A program made the position numbers and the translations under genes. 64,000 nt of DNA from Octopus sinensis. Its lineage: Eukaryota. Where the stretch lies: contig NC_042998.1 of assembly GCF_006345805.1 (NCBI RefSeq), positions 39,680,001 to 39,744,000 on the forward strand, in the 5' to 3' direction. Positions 25,886 through 38,425 of this stretch are shown piece after piece; positions within the stretch are counted from its first letter, which is position 1; every line of letters begins with the position of its first letter. The notes beneath the pieces were generated by a model that was not told the origin of the DNA, did not search any database, and was given only the letters and a program-made list of their open reading frames with translations.

Positions 25886-28800
25886 CCCACCTAATATCAT
25901 TTTAAGTGAACTGTGTGCAAATTATAAAAGATGCTGCTAAGCCATAATTCTCTGGCACTAAGGAGATTAAAGGTGAAATACTTTATGTAGAACCAGACTC
26001 TTCAAGAAGCTGAATGCTACATTTATACCTTTATTTTTTGAAAAAGTTTTTCATCTGAGTTTTTGTAAGTCATCATCTTTGTTTTTATATCTTCTGCTTC
26101 TAACTGGCGTAGATCAGATAAGACTTGTTGAGGCAGTATTTTACTTGTTTCCATGTAAGGTACTTACTCTCTGAATCTTTTGCACAATGAACCGCTCTAT
26201 GGCCAAACATTGTCATGGCAGACTCAAATGACATCAACACCTATGTGGTAGCATTGTTTTACACTAAAGTGAACAGTTTCAACACACACATACAAGATGA
26301 GCTTCCAAACAATTTTTGTCTTCCAATTCCACTCACAAAAAATTGGTCAACCCAAAACTAGAGAAGACATTTGCTTACAATGTCATGCAGAATTGGAGCA
26401 ACCCTAAAACCACAGGATTACAAACGGAATTACTTAACTCAGTCGTACCTAACCCTAATTCATCAATAAGGGGATTATTATGTAATAATTAGCAGAAGTA
26501 CAAAGAACAATGGAAGTAAGAGAAATAACAGAAATGCAGTATTTACACAACAGCAACATAATATAATAATATATATAACCCAGGAAAACATGGAACGAGG
26601 TGATGAAGCATGGTTTGTGAACGTTGGGCCTCACAAAAGCAATGTCTAGTGTCCAAGAGCTTTGGCAATATGTTGTACTTGAGAAGACCTGTCAAGCCAA
26701 GTGAAATCGTAGTCGTGGCATGTAAAATGCACCTTTTAAGCATTGGGCCTCATGGAGGCAATGTGGCCGATGCCAGTATCACATAACTAGCACCCATGCT
26801 GGTGGCATGTAAAAAGCACCTTTTGAGAGTTTTGGGCCTCAGGGAGGCAATGGCAAATGACCGAGACCTTTGGCAATATGCTGTGCTTGAGCAGAAGACC
26901 CTTCAATTCAAGTGAAATCGTAATCGTGGCAGATGCTGGTGTAACACAACTAGCACGTAAAAGCACCCATTCCACTCTTGGAGTGGTTGGCATTAGGAAG
27001 AGCATCCAGATACAGAAACCATGCCAAATTAGACTGGAGTCTGGTGCCAGCATGGACAATAGATGATGTAACCTATACAGTAGATATATAAACAAGGCAA
27101 GTTCAGTTATTTCTCTGTAGACTGAAAAAAAAAATGAACGACTTTAATTGATTTAGGAATCTTATTAGATTCTCATCAGGTGTCCACATCATTTTCATCA
27201 ATTCCAGTAACTGCAGGGAACTGGGGCTACTAATTTGAATACCATAGGTGTTAACACTTTATTCAATATCAGGGAAAACTTATTCGGGGGCCTGTCAACA
27301 GGGATCTCAGTTCACACAGAAACACTATCTTCGATGGTCAGGACATGTAGCAAGAATGGAAGAGTCAAGATTCCCATACCAAGACTTATTCAGTGAGCTT
27401 ACAAGACCAACCCAAAACAACACTGAAAGTCACTAGACTTGTGCTTAACTCATTTGAAACACAAACCCAAGACCATACCAAGTGGCAGTGCTCCATCACC
27501 ATCAGAACCAAAAACTTTGAAGCCACCAGAAGAGAAAAAGAAGAAATCAAATGACAGGAGAGAAAGGCTCAACTAAATCAACCGTGACCTCCACCAATAT
27601 AACCATGTAGTCAATGCCATCGACTCTTCTATGCAAGAATTGGTCACTATACAGGAAGCGTTCAACAAAGAAACTAAATTCTTGGACATGAGATAAAGCG
27701 TCTGCCACTGATGTCATAGATATACACAGAGGGCAAAATGAGAATGACAATATAAATACACATACACACACACTGCTGTCCTCAGTGTTTTTGTTTTTCT
27801 CTGGAGAGACTCTAGCATGGATTCCTCTATGGTTGATAAGTACCAGTAATATACTGCGATTAATTCAATCAGTGACATACTCTACTCCCAGCAAAACTGA
27901 TCTCCTGGTGTACCCTAAAGTACTAAATTGCTTCAGACCTACACTCAACTATAAATTCTTGCAGTTGTTAAACTAACATTTTATCTTCACAGCTACTTCA
28001 TTTAATTATTTACTTAACCCATCAAAAACCATTCATAAAAATAAAAATGAATATAATTTGAACAGAACTGACTTATCTAAAACACACACACACACTTGCA
28101 CTTTCACTTATTCTTTAATGGTTTGTGCTTGTTGACCTTGTCGTCCATATACCATCACTAGATTGAACTAATTAATGCACCCACCTTTCTTCTTCAATCA
28201 TATCCCTCTCATTTTACTTTATCATTCTTTCCCAGATTAGATGCACCCATGGGTCTTCCAACATACTTTTTGTTTTGCTACCTGCCCAATTTGAAAAAAA
28301 ACATTAAAAATCTGGACATTAACCTCAGTGACAGTGGACACATAGACAGGAGTTGGTAGTTTATATCCAATAACTGTTGATGTGATATCTACACAGCCAA
28401 CAACAGCACAGTCCACCTCTCCGCAGACACTTCCCACAAGAAACAACTGCGAAATATATATACAGATAGATGCCAGTGTCACGTAACTGGCCTGTTAAAA
28501 GCATCCTTCAATCGCTGGGCAATATGCTGTGCTTGTGATGACCTGTTGAACAGAGTGAAATTGTAGTTGTGGCTGATGCCAGTGCCTTCTGATTGACATC
28601 TGTGCCAGTGGCATGTAAAAAGTACCATTTGAATATTGGGCTTTATGGAAGCAGTGACAGGTGACCAAGACTCTTGGCTATATACTGTGCTTGCGTTGAC
28701 CTGTCAAGCCAAGTCAAACTGTAGTTGTGGCCAATGCCGGTGTCAGCTCAATGGCACCTGTGCTGGTGGCATGTAAAAAGCACCCTCTACACTCTCAAAG

Positions 28801-29840
28801 TGGTTGGCAATAGGAAGGACATCCAGCCATAGAAACCTTTCCAAATCAGATTGGAACCTGGTGTAGTCCTCGGCATACCAGTTTTCAGTCAAACCGTCCA
28901 ACCCATGGCAGCATGGAAAGTGAATGTTAAACGACGACAATGATATATACACACACACACACGCATATATATTATTATATTATATGATAAGAAAGAAACA
29001 GATACTAATTTCTTTATTGCATTTCACAATGCTTTGAGCTGTTTTTGATTTATCAACTTGTTTAGAACCTTTTTCTTTTTATAAGTTTATTTTTCTTTAA
29101 TATCTCATGGTTTAGTTTCTCAGTATTAAGTTTTATTTCTCTTGTGTTATGAATTAGCATAAGCAAACTCATGGCAGACCATACACCCCAATCCCTTATG
29201 CACACATCTTCCTGTTACACCCCCATCCCACCACCCACTAAAGGCCCCTCCTCTCTCCACACTTGCCATACCCTCACATATCTACCAGCCACTCCAATTT
29301 CTCTCACCATCACTTGTTAGTCACCTCTTCCCCACCTCAAAATATCTCCCCGCACACTCTTATGAACACATCCATCTCCATCCCTTCTCTACCACTTATA
29401 CTCCCCACCCTACAACTAGCTGAGAGTAGATCCTGATGCACCTCTAACCCCATCTCTCCTGTCTTTTCCCACTGGAAAAGTATCTCCTCTACAGTAAGAC
29501 ACCAATCTCTATCCTTCAGTTATATTCTAATCTCTGGCACGAGTCTACATCTTCTGGTTCCACTCTGTCTCCCAGCTGAGAGGTCTTCATCTCACAAGTT
29601 ACTTGACAACCCCACTGGTGCCACATAAAAATACACAGTACACTCTGTGAAGTGGTTAGCTTTAGGAAGTGTGTTCAACCATAGAAATTATGCCAAAGCA
29701 GACAATGGAAACTGGTGCAGCTCTCCAGCCTTGCCAGCATGGAAGAACATTAAATGATGAGTAATAAAACTCAGACTTCCAAGTGAGCAATATCTGAAAT
29801 GTCTTGGGCTACTCTTCTCAAAATAAATCAAAAACCTTAC

Positions 29841-29971
29841 CTGCCAAATAAGGAAATCTATGACATTTTCAGAAACCTTTGAATGTTGGTCTTTTTTCTG
29901 AAGACAATTAATACAGCACAAATAGATGTCCAACCATTTTCCAGCTCTGTCCTCTTCTTTCAAAGAATATC
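29841..29971 (-). CDS. FANCI: FANCI exon 4 (YSLKEEDRAGKWLDIYLCCINCLQKK...VIDFLIWQ)
   Basis: cag/GTAAGG sites, 131 nt; resembles human [30 protein letters not shown]. Confidence 0.9.
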
Positions 29972-30874
29972 CTGTGTAGAGAAGACATAAGTACCTTTAA
30001 ATACGCTATAAGTACAAGTGTCTATAAATGAATATTGCAGCAAGTTATATAAACAGGAACAAATTATTGACCTAGGTGACACAAGCTATTGAATCCTTTG
30101 AGGGAACCTTTAAACATTTGAAAGTATTCTAAGGTACTTTTATTACAAACTACTCCTACATATATAAAGTTTCTTTTCTCTGTCAGCCCTGCCTCTGACC
30201 CCACTCCATCTCATGCACCCTTGCCATCTCTGCATTTCAAATTATTAATAATATAACGTTCGTTTATTTTATTTAAAAGCTACTCGTTGAAATTCAATGA
30301 AAGCTCCACAGAATGATAGTAACAGTTATATACACGTGGTGCATAAAAAAAACATGAGGTTTTGCACAAGTGTAAACAAATCGCAGCCACTTGCATGATT
30401 TCCACAAACTTTCAGTGTTCCAAATTATTAAGAGTGGTCTGATAATTGTGTAATTATGGGTCATAAATGTGACTTAACTGCTTCAGAGAAATCTGCTATT
30501 ACTTCTGAACTTACAAAAGGTAAATCAACATTAGAAATATTTAAAATAATTAGAAAGTTATCAACTATCAGTGAAAAAATTTGAAAATTTGTTACAGCTC
30601 TTTTACTTGTTTCAGTCATTTGATTGTGGCCATGCAGGAGCACCACCTTCAGTCGAGTAAATCGACCCCAGGACTTGTTCTTTATATGTCTAGTACTTAT
30701 TCTATTGGTCTCTTTTGCCGAACTGCTAAGTTTCTGAATGCTGCTTACTTGTCTATTTCTATTTCTTCCATGTCTATGACTGTAAGTGTTCATTCTAACA
30801 TGTACATAAAACAATTAAATTGGTATTTTCTTGTTTACATAAGTTTTAATTACACTTTGCGAATAATTTGAAAC

Positions 30875-31290
30875 AGGAGTGGCTGTGTGGTAAAGTAGCT
30901 TGCTTACCAACCACATGGTTCCGGGTTCAGTCCCACTGCGTGGCACCTTGGGCAAGTGCCTTCTACTATAGCCTCGGGCCGACCAAAGCCTTGTGAGTGT
31001 ATTTGGTAGACGGAAACTGAAAGAAACCCGTCGTATATATGTATATATATATATATATGTGTGTGTGTGTATGTTTGTGTGTCTGCGTTTGTCCCCCTAG
31101 CAATGCTTGACAACCGATGCTGGTGTGTTTACGTTGCCGTCACTTAGCGGTTCAGCAAAAGGGACCGATAAAATAAGTACTGGGCTTACAAAGAATAAGT
31201 CCTGGGGTCGATTTGCTCGACTAAAAGGCGGTGCTCCAGCATGGCCGCAGTCAAATGACTGAAACAAGTAAAAGAGTAAAGAGAGAGTGA
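30875..31290 (+). mobile_element. tRNA-derived SINE, same family
   Basis: Full-length match to 2941-3330. Confidence 0.9.
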
Positions 31291-31614
31291 AAGTTTATTT
31301 AAATTTGGTAAATGGCAATAGTTTTTGTGTTGTTTTACAGAACTGCACGTCTTTTACACATTCTGTGAAAATTTCTTTGAATTCCAGTGAGTAGCTTTTA
31401 AATAAAATAGAAAAATGTTACGTATTTAATCATTTGTATATGTGTGTATGTGCGCAGAGAGAGAGAATATGAGAGGTTTACTTCACTGGTGATCTAAACG
31501 AATAGGTACACTGAGTAAGTGCTATAGTTGGTTGACCGTTAGGTTCCAAATTCACAGTAGAGGCTAGAGCTAGGGATCCATATAAGGCTTCTGATTTAGC
31601 AGGTATATATTATA

Positions 31615-32098
31615 TTAGAGGAAAAAGGACAACAAAAACCAACGCAGGACGAGTATCTCCAGTCATTTAGAATATTTAATTAGGTTAAGGTGAATTTGAA
31701 GTCTTACAGCTGTTTCTCAGATATCCCAAGTGATAGGCTAGCCTGTCCATACACTGGGTATTTTGTCATCAGAGACAAGGTGAGTATGTATGAAATATCT
31801 AGACAGGGAAATTCACAGTTTATAAGGTATAAAATACTAGATGGAAGAATAATAAATAGAAAAATAAAATATTAGATAGAAAACTATTCTTCCATTTACT
31901 ATTTTATTCCTTACAAACTGAATGTCTCTGTCTAGAACTTTCATACATACCTTGTCTCCAATGATGGAATACCCAGTGTATGGACATGCTAGCCTATCAC
32001 TTGAGAAACAGCTATAATTCACCCTTACCTTAATTAAATATTCTAAATGACTTGAGATACTTGTCCTGCCTTGGTTTTTGTTGTCCTTTTCCCTCTAA
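31615..32098. mobile_element. Foldback element/MITE with arms of about 230 bp
   Basis: Arms 31615-31850 and about 31885-32098 are reverse complements; flanked by TA and TG. Confidence 0.85.
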
Positions 32099-32405
32099 TG
32101 TGTGCATGTGTATCATTGTGTCTATGTTTGTGCCCTAACATTGCTTGACAACCAGTGTTGGTGTGTTTACATTCCCATAACTCAGTGGTTTGGCAAAAGT
32201 GACTGATAGAATAAGCACCAGGATTTTAAATAAATAAGTACTGGAATAGATTCATTTGACTAAAAGTTCTTCAAGGCAGTGCCCCAGCATGGCTACAGTC
32301 TAATGACTGAAACAAATAAAGGAGAAAAGATAAGTTTTTCAACAGAAACCCAATTCAAATGCATATTAATAAAAATAAATTGGACAGATGACAAAAAAAG
32401 CTTAC

Positions 32406-32481
32406 CATATAAGAGAGCCTTTATTAGCGCTATGGGTTGACTGGTTTCTTTCACAATACGGTCTTCTAACAACTTGTCGAC
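32406..32481 (-). CDS. FANCI: FANCI exon 3 (VDKLLEDRIVKETSQPIALIKALLYG)
   Basis: AG/GTAAGC sites, 76 nt; resembles human [25 protein letters not shown]. Confidence 0.85.
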
Positions 32482-32604
32482 CTTAATACGAAAAGAGATG
32501 ACAAAGAGATTATTATCTCTGACAATTTTTGTTTTTTTTCATAAATGAATATAAAATAGCATTATTAAATCTCTGAACGAGATGTAAACAGTAACCACTC
32601 GACA

Positions 32605-32784
32605 ATGTAAAGTATAATAGCCATCCCTTTCTCGTAGAGAAAGGGATGGCCTCCCTTTGCAAATACCATAAGTGCACAGATAGTGTGCCTAAAGTCAGCT
32701 GGAGACGATGATCTGAGGCTAAAAGCTACAGTAACACCCACCCTTTGTGGTTAGCCATATTGAGATAGCTATTATACTTTACAT
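32605..32784. mobile_element. 180-bp MITE-like element
   Basis: Perfect 17-bp TIRs (atgtaaagtataatagc) plus an internal 14-bp perfect hairpin. Confidence 0.7.
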
Positions 32785-32828
32785 AGAATATAAAATAATA
32801 TTCTTATAAACATGAGGAAACTAGTTAC

Positions 32829-32920
32829 CTCCCTTATCATTCGAAATAACTTTTGCACTTCACGATAAAAGTAGCGACCCTTGTTTGTTCCTTGGTGTTT
32901 ACAATTAAGAGTAATAATGT
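32829..32920 (-). CDS. FANCI: FANCI putative coding exon 2 (IITLNCKHQG...VQKLFRMIRE)
   Basis: Open 92 nt with GTAACT donor; phase 0 joins exon 3. The acceptor (tattttgaccaag) is weak and protein similarity is modest. Confidence 0.55.
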
Positions 32921-33249
32921 CTTGGTCAAAATATTTCAGGCTTCTTGGAGATCACAGAGACATTTACATTTAACTTCTATGTTTGTTATCACTGATCAAC
33001 CCTACCCAGTATCTAGTCATCACCTACTCTTCCATACCTTACACGAACAACATATATCTTTTACTCGTTTCAGTCATTTGACTGTGGCCATGCTGGAGCA
33101 CTGCCTCGAACAACTTTTTAGTTGAATGAACTGACTCCAGTACTTATTTTAAGCCTGGTACTAATTCTATTGGTCTCTTTTACCAAACTACTAAGTTATG
33201 GAGACGTAAACACACCAGCACCAGTTGTCAAGTGAGGGACAGAGAAACA

Positions 33250-33610
33250 GATAAATATGTGTGTGGCAGGGAGAAGCACCACCAATGCTATATTTCTGGT
33301 AAGGCAGCAGCAGGAGAAATGCATAACCAAAGATAAACCTCTGTACTTGGCTTTTGTTGACTTGGAGAAAGCCTTTGACGGGTCCACCAATCCCTAATCT
33401 GATGGTCAATGTAGAAAGTAGGGATAGATGAGTGATAAGTAAGAGCTGTACAAACCATGTACAGTGATGCTGTCAGTAAGGTGAGGGTTGGCAACAAGTA
33501 TAGTGATGAATTCAGTGTACACATAGGAGTTCACCAAGGATTGGTCCTCAGACTCCTCTTGTTCATCATAGTCCTCCAGGCAATAACAGACGAATTTAAG
33601 ACACTCAGTT
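33250..33610 (+). mobile_element. RTE RT fragment
   Basis: [17 protein letters not shown] and GVHQG readable across frameshifts. Confidence 0.85.
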
Positions 33611-34108
33611 ACAAGGGATTTTAATCTTGCAAGCTGTATAGCGACCTCACTGGAGTTGGTGACATAAAAAAAAGGGTACCCAGTATACAATGTGAAGTGG
33701 TTGGCATTAGGAAAGTCAACTGGTCATAGAAACTATAAGGAAGCAGATATTGGAGTAAGATGCAATCAGTGGGCCTGTCAGATCTAGTCAAATCATCCAA
33801 CCCATATCAGCATGGAACAGGGAAGACAAAAGATAATGTGATCAACTTCAGCAGAGATTCGGGACAAAATGACAAGTCCTTACCTGATTTTTGTCAACAT
33901 CTTTTAAAACCTTGCTCAGTTCGTCTGCCTTTCTTTCGTCAGCCAATGCAATCAGTTTCTCATCCATGGTGCTTTTATACTTCAGTTCACTGCCAATCTG
34001 TAATCATTTATGATTTAAATGTGCATAATAGGTAGCTTCAAACCTAAAAGTTCATTTCTTAGTCATCAGCATTAATATATGAATAACAATTCTTTCTGAA
34101 AGGTTTAA

Positions 34109-34326
34109 CCCATTAGTATTTAAACCGGCCATATCCGGCCAAAATAGTTAATCTGTTTTATGTTCAACTGACCAGATCCAGGCTCTCACACCTACCCTAC
34201 AATGTTATTCTACATTAAGTAATTACACCATCAAGATCTTGAAGATATGAGGTAATGCATGATTAATTCAAATCAATGGGAATCAATAGGTATTATGTTT
34301 GATAGAATAATCTGAACGCTAAAGGG
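34109..34326. mobile_element. piggyBac-type MITE
   Basis: TTAA on both sides, ends ccc.ttag / ctaaaggg. A related copy lies at about 60897-61067. Confidence 0.75.
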
Positions 34327-34679
34327 TTAATTAAAAATTAATGTTGGAAAGTCACATGACAAGTGTGAATTTTTTTCAATTTTCTTGTTAAACAGAGAGT
34401 GGTCCTTGAAATAATGAAATGTATAAAAAAAAACACACAGACAGACAAAGGGTTTTAACACATAAGAAAGAACCCTGTGCTGGTGCCACATTAAAAGCAC
34501 CCAGTATAAACTGTAAAGTGGTTGGCGTTAGGAAGGACATCCAGATGTGGAAACCAAGCCAAATCAGACTGGAACCTGGTGCAGCCCTCCAGCTTGTCAG
34601 CTCTGGTCAAACCATCCAACCCATGCCAGCATGAACAATGGATGTTAAAGGATGGTGATGATGATGAAAGAAGACAGGA

Positions 34680-35400
34680 ACCTGGTTACATTCAGGGAAA
34701 AAGTCTTGCTCAATATGCAAAAAAGGAGTAGGTATAAACTCCATATATTTATTGAGCTATGGACACACAGGAAATGTAATGGTATCACAGGCAGACTATG
34801 CAAAAATGTAATCTTCACATGCAGCAGATGCACTGGAACAGTTCATAGAAACATACTAGAAATCAAGTCTCTTAAATGCCCAGACTGTTCACTGAAGGTA
34901 GTTGACAGCTTCTGTTACTTAGATGTAATTACCAAGGAGGAGGCTGCTCTGGAAGTATAATATTCAGGGTAAGAATTGGTTGGAAAAAATTTAAGGAGCT
35001 ACTACCGTTACTAACAACAAAGATATTTTCCCACAGATTGAATGATGTTTATCTTAGAATTGCAATGCTACATGGTAGTGAGACCTGGGCCTTGAAGGCA
35101 GAAGGTATGAGAAGATTAGAAAGCAATGACATTAGCACACTCCTTTGTATGCGCAATTTAAGTGAGGATGAATGTCATATAATGAATGTGCTGAGAGAAA
35201 AACTGAACCTAAGAAGAATTAGATGTAGTGTGCAAGAAAGAAGACCATTGATATGGACATAGAATGTGTGTGGATGAGGACAGCTGTAGACCCAGAAAAA
35301 CATGGGATGAAGTAATGAAGGCTAACCTCAGGAGCTGAGCATCACAGAGGAAATAAAGGACCAAGATATCTGGCAATACAGGGCTTATGTGAAAACCTAT
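34680..35400 (+). mobile_element. RTE fragment (PHD end to C-terminus)
   Basis: WTHRKC...FTCSRCTG, VVDSFCYL, MLHGSETWAL. Confidence 0.85.
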
Positions 35401-35770
35401 CCATCATGATGGAAGCATTGTATGGGTATGAATTTTATAATAAGAAACATGCTCGAGTTCACTTTACGACCTAGATATGTAAATGGCTTCACGTACTTTA
35501 GGTTTGCCCCATCAACCTGTATAGGAGTGTCAAGGAAATTGTGAACCAGCAGCCTCTGTTTGATGCTTTGAATTTGTTTAGGAGTAGGGCAAGGTTGGTC
35601 AATCACTTCTGTCTTCTTTATGCTGATGGTCAAACTAAAGGCTTTACATGCAGCAAAGCATGTAATGTTCCTGAGCATCCTCTAAGGAGGTTGTTGCTAC
35701 TTGAGCAGCATCACTTGCAAAAAGCAGATCACAAATGGTATTGGTGTGTAGCAGTGTTTTCGTTTTGGAA
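35400..35770 (-). mobile_element. RTE/BovB-type RT relic
   Basis: FAACKAFSLTISIKKTEV..QP...FTYLG. A related C-terminal relic at 27230-27650 (+) reads LRWSGHVARME. Confidence 0.65.
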
Positions 35771-35833
35771 CAATGATGATTGAATAGTGCACCACTTGTT
35801 CAAAATTAGAATTTAACATCCTTTCTATGTCAC

Positions 35834-36690
35834 TGTAGGGATGAGATGAACCAGAAGGAAAGGGCTGTAATGTCAATGGTTAAGGAGACCCAGCATAAAA
35901 GGAAGCGGGGTGAGTGGAAGTGAGGGAAGCAAGACAGGGACGTCCCCTTTCGGCTAGGGGTAGTGGTGAATGGACGCAAGTGGAGCAAGCGACCCAGCAG
36001 GGATTGATAGTAGCAGTTACTAACATTAGGTGAGATGGGCAGGGCACTTGCTTGGACTTAACACAAGCTGGACAGCCAGCAACGAGAGGTAAGTGAGCTG
36101 TATTTTATTCCCCACATTACAGTCCCTTCATACCACACGCTATTTTGGATTTAGTATATAAATATATTTTCCCACTGTTGTCCCCTTCCATGAAATGGCA
36201 ACAAAGCTGAGAATCAGTAGTGATGCCATCAGATCTTTGTGGCAAAAGAGATGTAATCGCCTGGATCCCTAAGATCAAGGTGGTGGTCAAGCTACAAGGC
36301 ATCGATGATGAGGCAGGTCTCATGGCTCTGTATCTGGAGGGAAGCATGTTGTTGCTGTACCTTGAGATGGACAAGGAAGGCCAACTGAGCACGGCAAAGA
36401 GTGAGCAACACTTGAAGGAAGCCTATATGGAGGGAATGTACGCCACATTTGCTAAGCTGGGAATGATCAGATGGACAAGGGAATAGGCTGACAAGTGTAC
36501 CGCAGAGGTTCAGAGACTGACCATGATATCTGGTTTTACCAGAGCAGGTCAAGAGAAGGCGGCAAGATTGGCTTTTGTGAATGGCTTTCCCAACGATATA
36601 TTGGTGCAACTGCAAAAACTGGTGGGTAGCGAGAAAATGGTGATGAACAAGCTCATGACAAAACTCGTATTTTTTGTAACTTTCCAAAGA
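35834..36690 (+). mobile_element. Gypsy-like LTR retrotransposon relic: putative LTR (35834-36025) and gag fragment
   Basis: TGT...ACA-bounded 192-bp segment followed by DVIAWI.K..VVKLQG....ALYLEG...LY and RLAFVNGFP, typical of invertebrate Gypsy gag. Confidence 0.65.
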
Positions 36691-37984
36691 AAAAAAAAAA
36701 CTTTAATTTCATATTACTGCAGGAAATTACTCTGAAAGAAATCTTTGCAGAAAGGTGAGTAGATTGATTACACATTTCTTTCATTATGTTATCGCAGTTG
36801 TGTGAGATCTGGCTGTTATTTCTAGCATGTCAATAGCCTGTTTGAGGGGGGGAGGGGTATTTTTTTTTTTTTTTGAAAAATTGAAATTTTACAAACAATT
36901 TTTTTTCAGAATCATAATCTTCGTATTTTTCTATGTATTTCGCCAAAAAAAACTTCCGTAAAAAGTGGAAAATGAAGAGGGTGGGTGGGAGTTAGCAATT
37001 TTGAAGTTGCGCTTTTTGAAAATTTTTTTCAGAATCGGAATCGCCATACCCTAAAACGTGAGATTCCGTAAAAAAATCAATATGTATCCATTTTCCCAAA
37101 AGTTACGACAGAAAAATCGGATCTTGTGAATTTTCCGAAAGTCCCCTCCCCACGCCACCAAGGTTGTCAGCGCGCATTTTTTTTTCTCATATTCGTTTTC
37201 CACACATTTGTTAACACCCCACAGGTTGATTAGTTTTTTTTAAATTTTGTTCCCGGGTGAAGGTCTTTATATTGACCGCCAAAACGTGGACTGACCGCCT
37301 TTTGCTGCCTGCCCTAAATTTTTATAACCAAATCAGGAGGTTTATTTTCGAAAAATATTGACATTTAAACACTTCATTGAATTTTGTTAACTTCTCCAAG
37401 AAAAATGATGGTCATTTTGGCAAAACTTCCGCCCGTCCCCCCCACTCCAATTTTTTTCGACCCACCCTTTTTCCGCTATGGGAAATACGAATCTGCGAAA
37501 AAATTGGCAAAAATCGACATTTCTAAATTACCACACCCCAACCCCATTTCCTTCATTTAAAACTTTTTTCATAATTTTTTTTTTAAAAATATGCGGGGAA
37601 ATACGGAGATTGTGATTCTGAAAAAAATTTACAAAAATCTTTCTAAAATGTTTTTCTAAGATTTTTTTTTTTTTTCTAAATATGCGGAAAAATACGGACA
37701 TCATGATTCGAACAAACATTTCAACCGGTTAGGGTTAGTGTTGGGGGAAAAAAAAGTCAAAATTGAAGAAGTTTGGGGGGAAAGAGGGTGGGGAATTTCC
37801 CAATGCTGATTTTTGGCAATTTTCCGGAACCTCCGTATCCGAAAACTGGGATTTTTGGCAAAAACAAATTACAAAAATAAACAAATTTGGGAGAAAATTG
37901 GGGGGGGGGGGCAAGTCTTTCCAAAATAAACAACAAAGACATTCAAGAAAACATACATTGACGAGAGGAAGGAGGGGGGGGGAA

Positions 37985-38323
37985 GTCGATTAGATCGACC
38001 CTAGTATGCAACTGGTAGTTAACTTATAGCCGTCGAAAAAGTCGACTTCAGCGGAATTTGAACTCAGACCGTAAAGACAGACGAAATACCTATTTCTTTA
38101 CTACCCACAAGGGGATAAACACAGAGGGGACAAACAAGGACAGATAGACGGATTAGGTCGATTATATCGACCCCAGTGCGTAACTGGTACTTAATTTATC
38201 GACCCCGTAAGGATGAAAGGCAAAGTCCACCTCGGCGGAATTTGAACTCAGAACGTAGCGGCAGACGAAATACAGCTAAGCATTTCGCCCGGTATGCTAA
38301 AGTTTCTGCTAACTCGCCGCCTT
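37985..38323 (-). mobile_element. Third SINE family (octopus OK/OR-like), two adjacent copies
   Basis: aaggcggcgag...ctgagttcaaattccgccgagg..gactttgcctttcatcc..ggggtcgat. Other copies near 4850-5040, 12860-12950, 39295-39390, 53380-53810, 55455-55570, 60540-60625. Confidence 0.85.
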
Positions 38324-38350
38324 AAGAAAAGAAAAATATAGCAAACTTAC

Positions 38351-38360
38351 TGGAATTCAT
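38351..38360 (-). CDS. FANCI: FANCI putative coding exon 1 (ATG AAT TCC A)
   Basis: ATG followed by a strong GTAAGT donor. Phase 1 joins the next exon to give MNSNIITL, which aligns with the vertebrate FANCI start MDQKILSL. Tentative. Confidence 0.5.
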
Positions 38361-38397
38361 AGGAAAAGAGCGGATCAAAATGTGAAACCCGTTTCGT

Positions 38398-38425
38398 TTC
38401 AAAAGCCATAGAATTAGCGCGCTAA
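38398..38425 (-). promoter_or_regulatory. Candidate E2F-like palindrome (TTAGCGCGCTAA) plus CHR-type TTTGAA upstream of FANCI
   Basis: Perfect 12-bp palindrome at 38414-38425 and TTTGAA (minus strand, 38403-38398), 40-65 nt upstream of the putative ATG. Confidence 0.4.
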
